This document shows positions 42,116 through 51,880 of a stretch of 64,000 nucleotides of DNA, in pieces. The first letter of the stretch is position 1; the number at the start of each line of letters is the position of its first letter. The stretch is taken from assembly GCA_044345725.1 (NCBI GenBank), contig JBIJAO010000001.1, positions 57,559 to 121,558 of the forward strand. Direction: 5' to 3'. The DNA comes from Ilumatobacteraceae bacterium (GTDB lineage Bacteria > Actinomycetota > Acidimicrobiia > Acidimicrobiales > Ilumatobacteraceae). The notes under the pieces are model-generated. The model saw only the letters and a program-made list of their open reading frames with translations. It was not told the DNA's origin and did not search any database. Both the position numbers and the translations under genes were made by a program.

Positions 42116-43842
42116 TACTGCGAATCCTGCACGGTGCCACCAGGAAACGCTTTATACAGCTCTTCCATGGAATCGACTTTGGGGATCTCTACAGAGTCTT
42201 CAATCTCACTTAAGTCGATGTCATCAACGACATCGTCGGCAACTTGAGGAACAACTGCAGGGCGTTCGATACCACGCGATGCTGTGGGATCTTGTGTGAA
42301 TGTCACGGCATATTTCGATCCACACACTTTTTGTATTGCTGCTTGCAATTTGGTGGTGTGCTCTTCCACTTTCGACATTGGAGTATTGCTTGGCACCGAC
42401 ACGGTGACGGTGTTCCCCTCTACGGATACCACAGACGATGGTTTGAAAATTGCTTTAGGAAAACCTGTGAGTGAGTCGATGATTTGTGGCCACAGTTGTG
42501 CGGGATCACCTGTTGATGTGGTGGGCGATGTGGTGGGCGATGGTGCGGTCTGTGCAGGAGGAGCGGGTGTTGGCGCAGTGACATCGGCACTTTGTGGTGC
42601 CGCAGATGTTGACGCGGTGGTGTCGGCAGATTTTTTTGGTTGTGATGTGGGCGCAGTGGCGCGGCCACCAACGCGAGCTTTCCCCGTAGAGGGATCGCGC
42701 GGTGCGGGAGGCAAGGATGCAGCAACACCTTTTTCTTTCAAGGTTTTTACTGCTTCTTCCAACTGTTGAATTCGTGCAACAAGATTGTCGAACGAGTCAT
42801 CAAACTCTGGTGATGACAGTTTTACCATCGCCACTTCAAGAAGTAGTCGTGGGTCAGGCGCATTTCGCATGTCGATGAGAGTTGTACCAAGAACTTCCAT
42901 TACACGCACGATTGTTTGCGCGCCAAGGTCGCGCGCTAACGATGCGATTCTTTCGGTGCGTTGCGGAGGCAATTGCACTAACTCTGGTGCCATCAATGAC
43001 AAGAACGCATCGCGCATGGCGCGCACGATGTCTTCAGTGAGTGCACGAGCTTCTCTGCCTTGGTGCATAGCAGTTGCAATAGCAGCAAGTGCACGAGCTT
43101 GGTCTTTTGCGCTTAGTGCAGTGAATACTTCGTCAACCGATGCTGGTGCATCGAATTCTCCGCCGCCAGCCGCAACAATTTCCAATGCAGACAACGTGTC
43201 GCGCGCACTTCCGCCACCTTGTTGTAGCACTTGTTCAATTGCGTCGTCTGAAATATCAAGTTGTGCCTGGTCAATCACCCATCGCACGTATTTTTCCAAC
43301 TCATCAAGCGGTATGAGATGGAATTGAAAATGTTGCACACGACTGCGAATCGTTTCACTGACTTTTTGTGGGTCGGTAGTAGCGAGAACAAACACCACTT
43401 GATCGGGTGGTTCTTCCAAGGTTTTTAATAACGCGGCTTCCGCGCCACGTGACAACATGTGCACTTCGTCGAGAATAAAAACACGGTGTCGACCAGGGGT
43501 AGCGAGCGCCGCAGATTCGATGAGATCGCGAATCTCCTGCACTCCATTGTTGCTTGCAGCATCAAGCTCGAGCACATCAAAACTCGCACCAGATTCCACC
43601 GCCTTGCACGAGGCACATTCACAACATGGCTCGCCATCAACGGGTGACTCACAGTTGAGCACCTTGGCCAAAATGCGTGCTGTTGATGTTTTGCCAGTTC
43701 CTCGCGGCCCGGAAAACAAATAGGCCTGACCTTCGCGATGATGAATCACCGCATTGCGCAAAGCCTTGACCACGTGGTCTTGTCCGTACAGTTCCGAGAA
43801 TTTCCGCGGACGAAAACGCCGATATAGGGACTGTGTTGCCAT
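42115..43842 (-). CDS. dnaX: DNA polymerase III subunit gamma/tau
   Basis: FSGPRGTGKTS Walker A, zinc module CESPVDGEPCCECASC, ILDEVHML and SRVQHFQF. There is a Pro/Thr/Ala-rich linker. Confidence 0.95.
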   Translation of the reverse strand: MATQSLYRRFRPRKFSELYGQDHVVKALRNAVIHHREGQAYLFSGPRGTGKTSTARILAKVLNCESPVDGEPCCECASCKAVESGASFDVLELDAASNNGVQEIRDLIESAALATPGRHRVFILDEVHMLSRGAEAALLKTLEEPPDQVVFVLATTDPQKVSETIRSRVQHFQFHLIPLDELEKYVRWVIDQAQLDISDDAIEQVLQQGGGSARDTLSALEIVAAGGGEFDAPASVDEVFTALSAKDQARALAAIATAMHQGREARALTEDIVRAMRDAFLSLMAPELVQLPPQRTERIASLARDLGAQTIVRVMEVLGTTLIDMRNAPDPRLLLEVAMVKLSSPEFDDSFDNLVARIQQLEEAVKTLKEKGVAASLPPAPRDPSTGKARVGGRATAPTSQPKKSADTTASTSAAPQSADVTAPTPAPPAQTAPSPTTSPTTSTGDPAQLWPQIIDSLTGFPKAIFKPSSVVSVEGNTVTVSVPSNTPMSKVEEHTTKLQAAIQKVCGSKYAVTFTQDPTASRGIERPAVVPQVADDVVDDIDLSEIEDSVEIPKVDSMEELYKAFPGGTVQDSQ

Positions 43843-43924
43843 CGCTTCGACCCTAGCAATGCGGTGTCAATGAAAAGAGATGAGGGGTGAGAGGAACCGC
43901 CATTGACTACCGTTTTCACAGCGC

Positions 43925-45730
43925 ATGAAACGTCTCGTCTTTTTTTTCGCCGTTCTTGCAGCGGTTCTCTTCTCTGGTGGCTCTGTCGATGCCGCCGGAC
44001 AGAACACGGTTCAGTCGTCGAAGCCTGCGCCGGGAGAGACAGTCACCATCGCCCCCACCCAATTGCAACTGGTGTTCGCAAGCCCTGTCGGCGGACCAGA
44101 AGCGGTTGCCAACATGGGGTTATCGCTGTCGTGTGAGGGAAATCTCACCGGGCTTGGCACACCCGTCGTCGGTGAAGACGGTGTCACCGTGTCGGCCCCA
44201 CTCACACAGATTCCTGCAAACGGAACGTGCACGGTGTCGTGGGAATTACCCGATGGAAGTTCGGGATCATTCAGTTTTATTTCGGCGGTGAATGCTCCCA
44301 CCACCACAATTCCCCAAACCGACAACACCACAGAGCCAACCATTCCGGGTACAAACGAACCCGCTGCGTTGTCTGGTCCGCCAGAGCGCCTTGGTGGCCC
44401 TATCGGACTTGCAAGGCTCGCGAGTTTCATTTTGATGGGTGCTCTCGTGGGCGGTTTGTTCTTTTTGCAGCGGCGATGGCCAGAAGGTGGCGAGTACGCG
44501 GTCACCGAAAGATACTTTCGCATCGTTGGCATTCTCACCGCGGTTTCCATGTATGTGTTGGTATCGCTCATGGCGGCAAGTGAAGGAGAAATCTCCGCGG
44601 GTTCAGGCTTCATCCCCACTAACTGGTCGTCATTATTTGATTCAGCTGAAGGTGCAGCGTTATTTGCGCGATTCGCATTGACGTTGGTCGTGGTGTGGTT
44701 TGCATGGGTTCCTATCCGCGTCATCGACCCCAACTCAGAAGCGATCGCATATGCGGCTCTTTTTGCCACCGCGTGCACATACGGTTTTGATCGCACTGGC
44801 GGACGTTATGCATCGCTTGGTGTTGTTCTCGGAATCATTCACATGGCACTCACGTTGTACTGGGTTGGCTCCATCGGAGTGATGTGGCGAGTCATCTTGC
44901 GTGGGCCTGGTGATCGTGATTTGCTTGAAGCGTTGCGCGGATGGTCACGACACGCAACATGGGTCGGTATCGGTTTAGTAATAAGTGGCGCAGTGCAAGC
45001 TTGGCGCATCGATGGTTGGAGTTACCTCAACAGTGGTCACGGACGAGTGGTGTTGTTCAAAACGCTTGTCGTTGTTGTGTTGTTGTTCCTTGATGCTGTA
45101 ATTCGTCAGTTCATTGTGCACAAGCTGCGTCGTGCTCGCATGTTGAACCAGCGCGCCGTATATAAATTGCAGCGTCCATTTGCTGTTAGTGCCGGATTGA
45201 GCGTCTTTGTTCTCGCATTGTCGTCATGGATGATGTCAATGCGCCCACCAAACATCTTGCCGAAAGACACCGGCCCAACGGTTCAGTACGCAATTGTTCG
45301 TGACATGTCTGGCACAGACGATTTCCGCGTTCGTGTATCAATTGATCCGGGCAACGTTGGTGTGAATCAAGTACTTATTGAATTGTTCGGACCACAGCGC
45401 ATCCAGCAATTCACCATCGACTTCGTACCGTCAAACCCGGCGTTCTCTGGCTACTCACTCACGATCCCGATCACGCGGCCTGGTGGCGCATACGTCGCAC
45501 CAGAAGCTGGCCTTACGTTGCGCGCACCCGGTGAATGGACCATGACCGTGCGCGGAACAACCACAACCGGCGAACTTGAACCGCTCACCTCCACGTTCAT
45601 CATCGCCGATGGGACAACGGTCACGACCCTGCCCAACGGTGCCACAACGGTGCCGCCGGCCCCTACCGACACAGGCCAAAATCCCGCATCCGGTGATGCC
45701 ACAACGACAACCTCTGCACCACCAGGCTGA
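43925..45730 (+). CDS. CopC-CopD fusion copper-resistance membrane protein with C-terminal Ig-like (YtkA/FixH-like) domain
   Basis: Signal peptide, a CopC-like beta-domain (SSKPAPGETV...LQLVF), about 8 TM helices (CopD), then a soluble beta-rich C-terminus. Confidence 0.75.
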   Translation: MKRLVFFFAVLAAVLFSGGSVDAAGQNTVQSSKPAPGETVTIAPTQLQLVFASPVGGPEAVANMGLSLSCEGNLTGLGTPVVGEDGVTVSAPLTQIPANGTCTVSWELPDGSSGSFSFISAVNAPTTTIPQTDNTTEPTIPGTNEPAALSGPPERLGGPIGLARLASFILMGALVGGLFFLQRRWPEGGEYAVTERYFRIVGILTAVSMYVLVSLMAASEGEISAGSGFIPTNWSSLFDSAEGAALFARFALTLVVVWFAWVPIRVIDPNSEAIAYAALFATACTYGFDRTGGRYASLGVVLGIIHMALTLYWVGSIGVMWRVILRGPGDRDLLEALRGWSRHATWVGIGLVISGAVQAWRIDGWSYLNSGHGRVVLFKTLVVVVLLFLDAVIRQFIVHKLRRARMLNQRAVYKLQRPFAVSAGLSVFVLALSSWMMSMRPPNILPKDTGPTVQYAIVRDMSGTDDFRVRVSIDPGNVGVNQVLIELFGPQRIQQFTIDFVPSNPAFSGYSLTIPITRPGGAYVAPEAGLTLRAPGEWTMTVRGTTTTGELEPLTSTFIIADGTTVTTLPNGATTVPPAPTDTGQNPASGDATTTTSAPPG

Positions 45731-45775
45731 GCCGAGATAGGTCGCATCGGGTCGTTTCGCACTAGCGTTTCACCC

Positions 45776-47341
45776 GTGACTGATACCGCCGGCGCGTCCA
45801 TGCAAGACAAAATCGAAGATCTTCGCCAACGTCGGGAGCAAGCCCTCAATGCAGGAAGCCCCCGCGCAGTTGAGCGTCAACACGAAAAGGGCAAGATGCT
45901 CGCTCGTGAGCGCATCGAGTACCTCCTTGACCCCGACTCCTTCCACGAACTTGACCTTCTCGCTCGTCACCGCGCGCACGCAGCCGGTCTTGAAGAGCGC
46001 CCTTACACAGACGGCGTGCTCACCGGTTGGGGAACAATCGATGGACGCAAGGTATTCGTGTTCAGCCAAGACTTCACCGTGTTCGGTGGTGCACTGGGCG
46101 AGGTGTTCGCTGAAAAGATTCACAAGTTGATGGACTTGGCACTCAAAGTTGGTGCGCCTGTCATCGGACTTAACGACGGAGCGGGTGCACGTATTCAAGA
46201 AGGTGTGGTGTCACTTGCGTCCTACGGTGGCATCTTCTATCGCAACGTGTTGTCATCGGGTGTTGTTCCACAGATCTCTGTGATCCTTGGACCATGTGCT
46301 GGTGGTGCTGTGTATTCACCTGCAATGACCGACTTCATTTTCATGGTGCGCGAATCAAGCCACATGTTCATCACAGGTCCCGACGTTGTAAAGACCGTGA
46401 CCGGTGAAGACGTCACACTGGAAGAACTCGGCGGTGCAATGAGCCACGCGTCAAAGAGTGGTGTTGCAACGTTCGTATCAAACGACGAAAAAGCTTGTCT
46501 CGACGACGTGCGTTTCTTGATGTCGTTCTTGCCACAGAACAACTTGGAAGAAGCACCGGCCGTTGAGCCAAGTGATGATCCCAATCGTTCATGCCCAGCA
46601 TTGCGTGACATTCTTCCCGCATCGCCAAACCAGCCATACGACATGAAGAAAGTGATCGGCGAAGTTGTTGATGACGGCGAGTTCTTCGAATACTTCCCGC
46701 ATTGGGCAAAGAGCATTGTGTGTGGATTCTCGCGCCTCGATGGAATTCCGGTGGGCGTTGTTGGTAACCAACCAATGGCATTCGCTGGTGTTCTCGACAT
46801 TGAGAGCAGCGAGAAAGCAGCGCGATTTGTGCGCACATGCGACGCGTTTAACATTCCGCTCATCACATTTGTTGACGTACCTGGTTTCTTGCCTGGCGTG
46901 AATCAAGAACACGAAGGCATCATTCGCCATGGTGCGAAGTTGCTGTACGCATTCTGTGAAGCAACAGTGCCACGTATTCAGATCATCACTCGCAAGGCAT
47001 ACGGCGGTGCATACGTGGTGATGAACTCAAAGTCCATTGGTGCCGACCTCGCATACGCATGGCCCACCGCCGAACTTGCGGTGATGGGACCACAAGGTGC
47101 TGTTGAAATTGTGTATCGACGTGAACTTCAGCAATCTGCTGATCCTGTAGCGCGCCGCGCTGAACTAGTCGCCGAGTACACCGAGAAATACGCCAACCCG
47201 TACGCTGCAGCAGAACGCGGATACGTTGACGATGTCATTGACCCTGCAGACACTCGTGCAAAGACAATTGCTGGTCTTCGTATGCTTCTCACAAAGCGCG
47301 AAGAATTGCCACGCCGCAAACACGGCAACATGCCCCTCTAA
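45776..47341 (+). CDS. pccB: Acyl-CoA (propionyl-CoA) carboxylase carboxyltransferase beta subunit
   Basis: GKMLARERIEYLLD, GWGTIDGRKVFVFSQDFTVFGG, LNDGAGARIQEG and PGFLPGVNQEHEGIIRHGAKLLYA. Confidence 0.9.
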   Translation: MTDTAGASMQDKIEDLRQRREQALNAGSPRAVERQHEKGKMLARERIEYLLDPDSFHELDLLARHRAHAAGLEERPYTDGVLTGWGTIDGRKVFVFSQDFTVFGGALGEVFAEKIHKLMDLALKVGAPVIGLNDGAGARIQEGVVSLASYGGIFYRNVLSSGVVPQISVILGPCAGGAVYSPAMTDFIFMVRESSHMFITGPDVVKTVTGEDVTLEELGGAMSHASKSGVATFVSNDEKACLDDVRFLMSFLPQNNLEEAPAVEPSDDPNRSCPALRDILPASPNQPYDMKKVIGEVVDDGEFFEYFPHWAKSIVCGFSRLDGIPVGVVGNQPMAFAGVLDIESSEKAARFVRTCDAFNIPLITFVDVPGFLPGVNQEHEGIIRHGAKLLYAFCEATVPRIQIITRKAYGGAYVVMNSKSIGADLAYAWPTAELAVMGPQGAVEIVYRRELQQSADPVARRAELVAEYTEKYANPYAAAERGYVDDVIDPADTRAKTIAGLRMLLTKREELPRRKHGNMPL

Positions 47342-47359
47342 GGACATCGGGAAATAGCA

Positions 47360-47815
47360 ATGACGAACGACATGACCGGACCAGGATTCGCATCACCAAA
47401 CATCCAAAACGAGCCCAAGGCCACGTTTGGTATTCGCTTGGTCGCGCACATCTTTGACGCCGTCATGGTGATGTTGGTGAGTTTTCCGTTCGCCATCATC
47501 AGCGCCATTGTTGAAGAAAATGGCAGTGCTGAAGCAGCAGACATGGTGACACTGATCGGCATTGTCGTATGTCTTGGCGTGTACAGCTGGTGGATTGGGA
47601 ACCAAGGTGGCTCCCCTCTTCGCCGCACCATCGGTGTTCTCGTGTTAGATGAGAAAACAGGCGCATTCATTGGCACCAAGCGCGGTGTGAAGTGGGTGTT
47701 AATGAGCCAAGTGTCAGGACTTGTGTTGTTCCTCGGATACTTCGCAATGTTGTGGCATCCCAACAAGCAGACATGGCACGACCGTGTCGCAAATGCAGTG
47801 GTGGTAAAGCGATGA
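47360..47815 (+). CDS. RDD-family membrane protein
   Basis: FGIRLVAHIFD ... RRTIGVLVLD ... QTWHDRVANAVVV fits the RDD signature arrangement. Confidence 0.8.
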   Translation: MTNDMTGPGFASPNIQNEPKATFGIRLVAHIFDAVMVMLVSFPFAIISAIVEENGSAEAADMVTLIGIVVCLGVYSWWIGNQGGSPLRRTIGVLVLDEKTGAFIGTKRGVKWVLMSQVSGLVLFLGYFAMLWHPNKQTWHDRVANAVVVKR

Positions 47816-48018
47816 GCGCACATGAAATGTCCGTGGCGTCCATTCATCCGACGCCAACCGAAGAAGAGGCAGTTGCTATTGCTGCTGCAATCGAATTTGG
47901 ATGGCCACGCGCTGTGATTGCAGAACCTACGAACACGCGCCCCAGTACGTCATGGCGTTTTAGTGGCAGATGGTGGGCATCACACAGCACATTGCGTCGT
48001 GCGCGACCTGGCGTATGA
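47812..48018 (+). CDS. Small protein resembling the acyl-CoA carboxylase epsilon subunit
   Basis: 68 aa, with ATGA overlaps on both sides. PTEEEAVAIAAAI...W-rich C-terminus resembles remembered PccE/AccE proteins. Weak call. Confidence 0.5.
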   Translation: MSAHEMSVASIHPTPTEEEAVAIAAAIEFGWPRAVIAEPTNTRPSTSWRFSGRWWASHSTLRRARPGV

Positions 48019-49148
48019 GTAACTCGCGCGGACCGCTTCATGGTCTGCGTGTCATTGATCTTTCTACGGTTATCGCTGGTCCTAACTGCGCGCGCTATCT
48101 CGCAGATTTTGGTGCAGAAGTCATCAAAGTAGAACATCCCGATACTGGCGACAGTTTGCGTGGCATGGGATGGGAAGACCCACGAGATCACACGGGCTTG
48201 TGGTGGAAAATAGTGGGGCGTAATAAGCGCACGATTGCACTCAACCTCAAAGATGAATCGGATAGAGAAGTGTTTTTACGTCTCGCTGATGACGCGCACG
48301 TGCTAGTGGAAAATTTCCGACCGGGAACATTAGAACGACTCGGGCTTGGTCCCGACGTGTTGATGCAACGCAACAACAAGATCGTCATCACTCGTGTCAC
48401 TGGTTTTGGACAAACCGGACCATACGCGTCTCGCCCAGGTTTTGCATCTATTGCTGAAGCGATGTCTGGATACGCATCAATCACCGGAACACCTGGCGGA
48501 GAACCAATGCTTCCCGCGTTTGCAATGACTGATGAGGTCACCGGTCTTTCGGCTGCTTTTGCAACAATGGTTGCGTTGCACTCTGGCACATCACAAGTGG
48601 TTGATGTATCGCTTCTCGAAACCGTATTTCAAATTCTGGGACCACTCATTTCGGTATGGAAGGTGCGCGGTGAATTACAAGAACGTATGGGGTCATCTCT
48701 TCCCTTCACGGTTCCCCGCGGTGTCTTTCAATGCGGTGACGGTGAGTGGATCGCCGTGTCTGCATCCAGTGATTCAGTTGCATTGCGCGTGGTGAAACTT
48801 CTGGGCTTTGAAGGCGACGAACGTTTCTCCACCTTTGCCAACCGTGTAAAAAATCGCGACGTGTTAGACACCGCCATGGCGACATGGTGTCAGCAACGCA
48901 CACGCCCTGAAGCACTACAGGCATTTGAAGACGCCGAGGCCGCTGCTGGTCCCGTTTTATCAATGCAAGACATTGCAGTTGATCCGCATTACGCAGCACG
49001 AGACGCAATCGTTGAACTCGACGGCACACCGATGCAAGGCCTTATTGCAAAGCTGTCAGAGACTCCTGGCGTTTTGAACTGGGGTGGAAAGCCCATGGAC
49101 GCCGACGGCGACGAGATACGCAAAAACGGCTGGCAAACGCGCGATTAA
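48015..49148 (+). CDS. Class III (CaiB/BaiF-family) CoA-transferase
   Basis: LHGLRVIDLSTVIAGPNCARYLADFGAEVIKVE and ENFRPGTLERLGLG. Confidence 0.85.
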   Translation: MSNSRGPLHGLRVIDLSTVIAGPNCARYLADFGAEVIKVEHPDTGDSLRGMGWEDPRDHTGLWWKIVGRNKRTIALNLKDESDREVFLRLADDAHVLVENFRPGTLERLGLGPDVLMQRNNKIVITRVTGFGQTGPYASRPGFASIAEAMSGYASITGTPGGEPMLPAFAMTDEVTGLSAAFATMVALHSGTSQVVDVSLLETVFQILGPLISVWKVRGELQERMGSSLPFTVPRGVFQCGDGEWIAVSASSDSVALRVVKLLGFEGDERFSTFANRVKNRDVLDTAMATWCQQRTRPEALQAFEDAEAAAGPVLSMQDIAVDPHYAARDAIVELDGTPMQGLIAKLSETPGVLNWGGKPMDADGDEIRKNGWQTRD

Positions 49149-49810
49149 TGCGCATCTACAACCGGTGGTGGCCACGCTGATGTATTGACACGTTGTGGCA
49201 ATGAACGTAAGAACTCCGACCGCGTCGGATGAATTCCACAATTCACAAAGAAATTGAACAGTGTTGTTATTGCAACGGCGTCTTCCAATGCTCGATGTTC
49301 AACCTTTGGTTGAACGCTCAAGGCTGCCATGCAGTCTGTTAAACGACGCGATGACAGACTGGGAAGAAAGTAGTGACTTTCCTGCACCGTACACACAGTG
49401 TGCAGCGCCGGTAGTTGCCGGTCTAGGCGCGCGAACTCACTCTCCAAAAATGACATGTCAAACGAAATGTTGTGTCCAACGAGCACCTGTCCGTCAAGTC
49501 GTGTCACGATGTCATCGACGATGGCAGAAAATGTTGGTGCATTCGCGACATCGGTATCGGTGATGTTGTGAATCTCCGAATTAGGAATTGGCATTTCAGG
49601 ATTGACAAATGTTGACCAGTAGCCAAGAGGATTTGCAAAATTATCGGTGCGAATCAATGCAATTTCAATTATGCGATTGTCCTCGGCAGCGAGACCTGTT
49701 GTCTCCATATCGACAATCACAAAACCATGTGATGCGTCAGTCGGCCACTCTTCTTGTACTTCAAGAAGGTATTGGTGCGGAGGCTTACGCCGACGAAATA
49801 ACCCCATCAC
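49145..49810 (-). CDS. DEDDh 3'-5' exonuclease (DnaQ/epsilon-like domain protein)
   Basis: ExoI FVIVDMETTGL, ExoII LVGHNISFDMSFL and ExoIII HRALEDA. Confidence 0.8.
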   Translation of the reverse strand: MMGLFRRRKPPHQYLLEVQEEWPTDASHGFVIVDMETTGLAAEDNRIIEIALIRTDNFANPLGYWSTFVNPEMPIPNSEIHNITDTDVANAPTFSAIVDDIVTRLDGQVLVGHNISFDMSFLESEFARLDRQLPALHTVCTVQESHYFLPSLSSRRLTDCMAALSVQPKVEHRALEDAVAITTLFNFFVNCGIHPTRSEFLRSLPQRVNTSAWPPPVVDAH

Positions 49811-49814
49811 ACTG

Positions 49815-50408
49815 TCACGTGCTGATTAAACCAATCGGACACGACACACCGGTGCCACCGATACCGCAGTATCCATTGGGATTCTTCGCCAAATACTGTT
49901 GGTGATATTCCTCGGCGTAATAAAACACGTCAAGCGGCGCAATCTCAGTAGTGATGGCTTTGTAGTGAGCTTCAGTTAACACTGGTTGATATGCATCGCG
50001 GGTGCTGACCGCCAACTCTTTTTGTTGATCGTTCACGTAATAAATGGTGCTGCGATACTGCGTGCCCACATCTGCACCTTGACGATTGCCCTGCGTGGGG
50101 TCGTGATTTTCCCAGAAGATCTTCAACAACTGCTCAAAAGAAATAATCGCGGGATCAAATACCACCAGCACAACTTCTGCATGATTCGTACGACCCGAAC
50201 ACACCTCGCGATAGGTCGGATGAACAATTTCGCCACCTGCGTAGCCAACAGCAGTGGAATACACACCGTCGGCCTCCCAGAACTTGCGTTCCGCACCCCA
50301 AAAACATCCCATACCAAAGACAGCTGTTTGCATGCCTTGTGGCCATGGCCCCACAAGGGGATGACCATTCACGAAATGAGCTTCAGGAACGGAAATTGGC
50401 TCGCGCAT
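49815..50408 (-). CDS. msrA: Peptide-methionine (S)-S-oxide reductase
   Basis: GMGCFWGAE active-site motif and GYAGG. Confidence 0.95.
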   Translation of the reverse strand: MREPISVPEAHFVNGHPLVGPWPQGMQTAVFGMGCFWGAERKFWEADGVYSTAVGYAGGEIVHPTYREVCSGRTNHAEVVLVVFDPAIISFEQLLKIFWENHDPTQGNRQGADVGTQYRSTIYYVNDQQKELAVSTRDAYQPVLTEAHYKAITTEIAPLDVFYYAEEYHQQYLAKNPNGYCGIGGTGVSCPIGLIST

Positions 50409-50509
50409 ACTTCCTAATCTAGACCCCGATGTGAGGCAAGCGTTACAGAAAAAGGTGACATTGTCATGGTTTCGTAAACACGAGGCTTAAATCTTCTTAG
50501 AAGCAACGC

Positions 50510-50743
50510 CTATTTCTCGCATGCTGTGCCGTCTTTGTCACGATCCATCTTGATGTTGGCCTTATAGATCTTTGCAGAGACAGCGGGTTTGTTTTTTTGT
50601 TTACCTGCCGCCTTCTGAGACTTTGCGACGCCGTAGGGATACTTCTTATTCAGATCAGTGCAGTTCTTATATGACTTCGCATCAGCAGAAGAAGAAAACA
50701 TCAGGACACCTAGAACGAGTCCGATTGACACCATTTTTTTCAT
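50510..50743 (-). CDS. Small secreted Excalibur calcium-binding domain protein
   Basis: Signal peptide, NCTDLNKKYPYGV and DRDKDGTACE (a DxDxDGxxCE loop). Confidence 0.8.
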   Translation of the reverse strand: MKKMVSIGLVLGVLMFSSSADAKSYKNCTDLNKKYPYGVAKSQKAAGKQKNKPAVSAKIYKANIKMDRDKDGTACEK

Positions 50744-50884
50744 AATCGGAGCCTATAAGAGACCTGTACGGGGATCGTCTCAACGCGGGACCCACCAGTC
50801 CTAACTTGCAATTAATAAGGCAAACACCCAATCTGCATTGACAAACATTTCAGAAATACCAGTCAGCCCGTAACCTTGAGAGCG

Positions 50885-51859
50885 ATGTCAACGATCCCCG
50901 ACGTGCTCCCTACATCAAACGAACCGTGTTGGTGCGGTAGCGGACGCAAATACAAGCGGTGCTGCAAAGGAACAGAGGGTCGTATTCGTCCAGGCGTTGT
51001 GAGCCCTATGCGGACAGTACCTTCGCATATCGCACGTCCTCCATATGCCGACACAGGTGTTGTTCCTCATTCAAATGAAGGTCGTGTGAAAACACCCGAG
51101 GTGATTGAGCGCATGCGACATGCAGGAGCTGTCGCTAAAGAGATTTTGCGTCTTGCTGGCGAAGCAGTGAAGCCGGGTGTCACCACCGATGAAATCGACA
51201 TTTACGTGCACGACTTGTGTATTGAACGCAATGCATATCCAAGTCCACTCAACTATCACGGTTACCCAAAGAGTGTGTGCGCAAGTGTGAACGAAGTGAT
51301 TTGTCATGGCATTCCTGATTCACGTGTGTTGCAAGATGGCGACATTTGCAACTTGGATGTCACTGTGTTCATAGATGGTGTTCACGGCGATACGAATGCA
51401 ACGTTCCCTGTTGGCACTATCTCCGAAGAAGACGCAGCTCTTATTCGCGTCACTGAAGAATGCATGTGGCACGGTATTGAGGTTGTCAAACCAGGTGTTG
51501 CAATCAATGAAGTGGGTCGCGCTATTGAAACACACGCGAAGCAACACAAATACGGTGTTGTACGTGCGTTCATCGGACACGGCATTGGCGAGAACTTTCA
51601 CACTGACATTCAGGTGCTTCACTATTACGACCCACGTAACAACATGATCTTGCATGAGGGAATGACCTTCACTATCGAGCCAATGATCACGCTCGGTTCA
51701 TGGCAGCACAAGATGTGGGACGACGACTGGACAGCAGTCACTGCAGACGGCAAGCGCACCGCACAGTTTGAACACACGTTGGTTGTTACAGCCGATGGAT
51801 ACGAAGTGCTTACAGGCGGAGATGGTGCTGCATCGCCACGAGCCCCCTGGCTTCGCTAA
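50885..51859 (+). CDS. map: Type I methionyl aminopeptidase with N-terminal SEC-C zinc-finger motif
   Basis: CWCGSGRKYKRCC, then HGIP, DICNLDVT, GHGIG and FTIEP metal ligands. A TTG at 50876 is an alternative start. Confidence 0.9.
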   Translation: MSTIPDVLPTSNEPCWCGSGRKYKRCCKGTEGRIRPGVVSPMRTVPSHIARPPYADTGVVPHSNEGRVKTPEVIERMRHAGAVAKEILRLAGEAVKPGVTTDEIDIYVHDLCIERNAYPSPLNYHGYPKSVCASVNEVICHGIPDSRVLQDGDICNLDVTVFIDGVHGDTNATFPVGTISEEDAALIRVTEECMWHGIEVVKPGVAINEVGRAIETHAKQHKYGVVRAFIGHGIGENFHTDIQVLHYYDPRNNMILHEGMTFTIEPMITLGSWQHKMWDDDWTAVTADGKRTAQFEHTLVVTADGYEVLTGGDGAASPRAPWLR

Positions 51860-51880
51860 ATCTCTGTATTTCCCTCTAGC

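Noticed and set aside
42631-42637. A7 run (CCA AAA AAA TCT on the coding strand) in dnaX, after domain III, as a gamma-subunit frameshift/slippage site.
   Set aside because: The -1 frame stays open for about 43 codons and the +1 frame for far longer. There is no nearby stop and no obvious downstream stimulatory hairpin, unlike the E. coli or Thermus cases.
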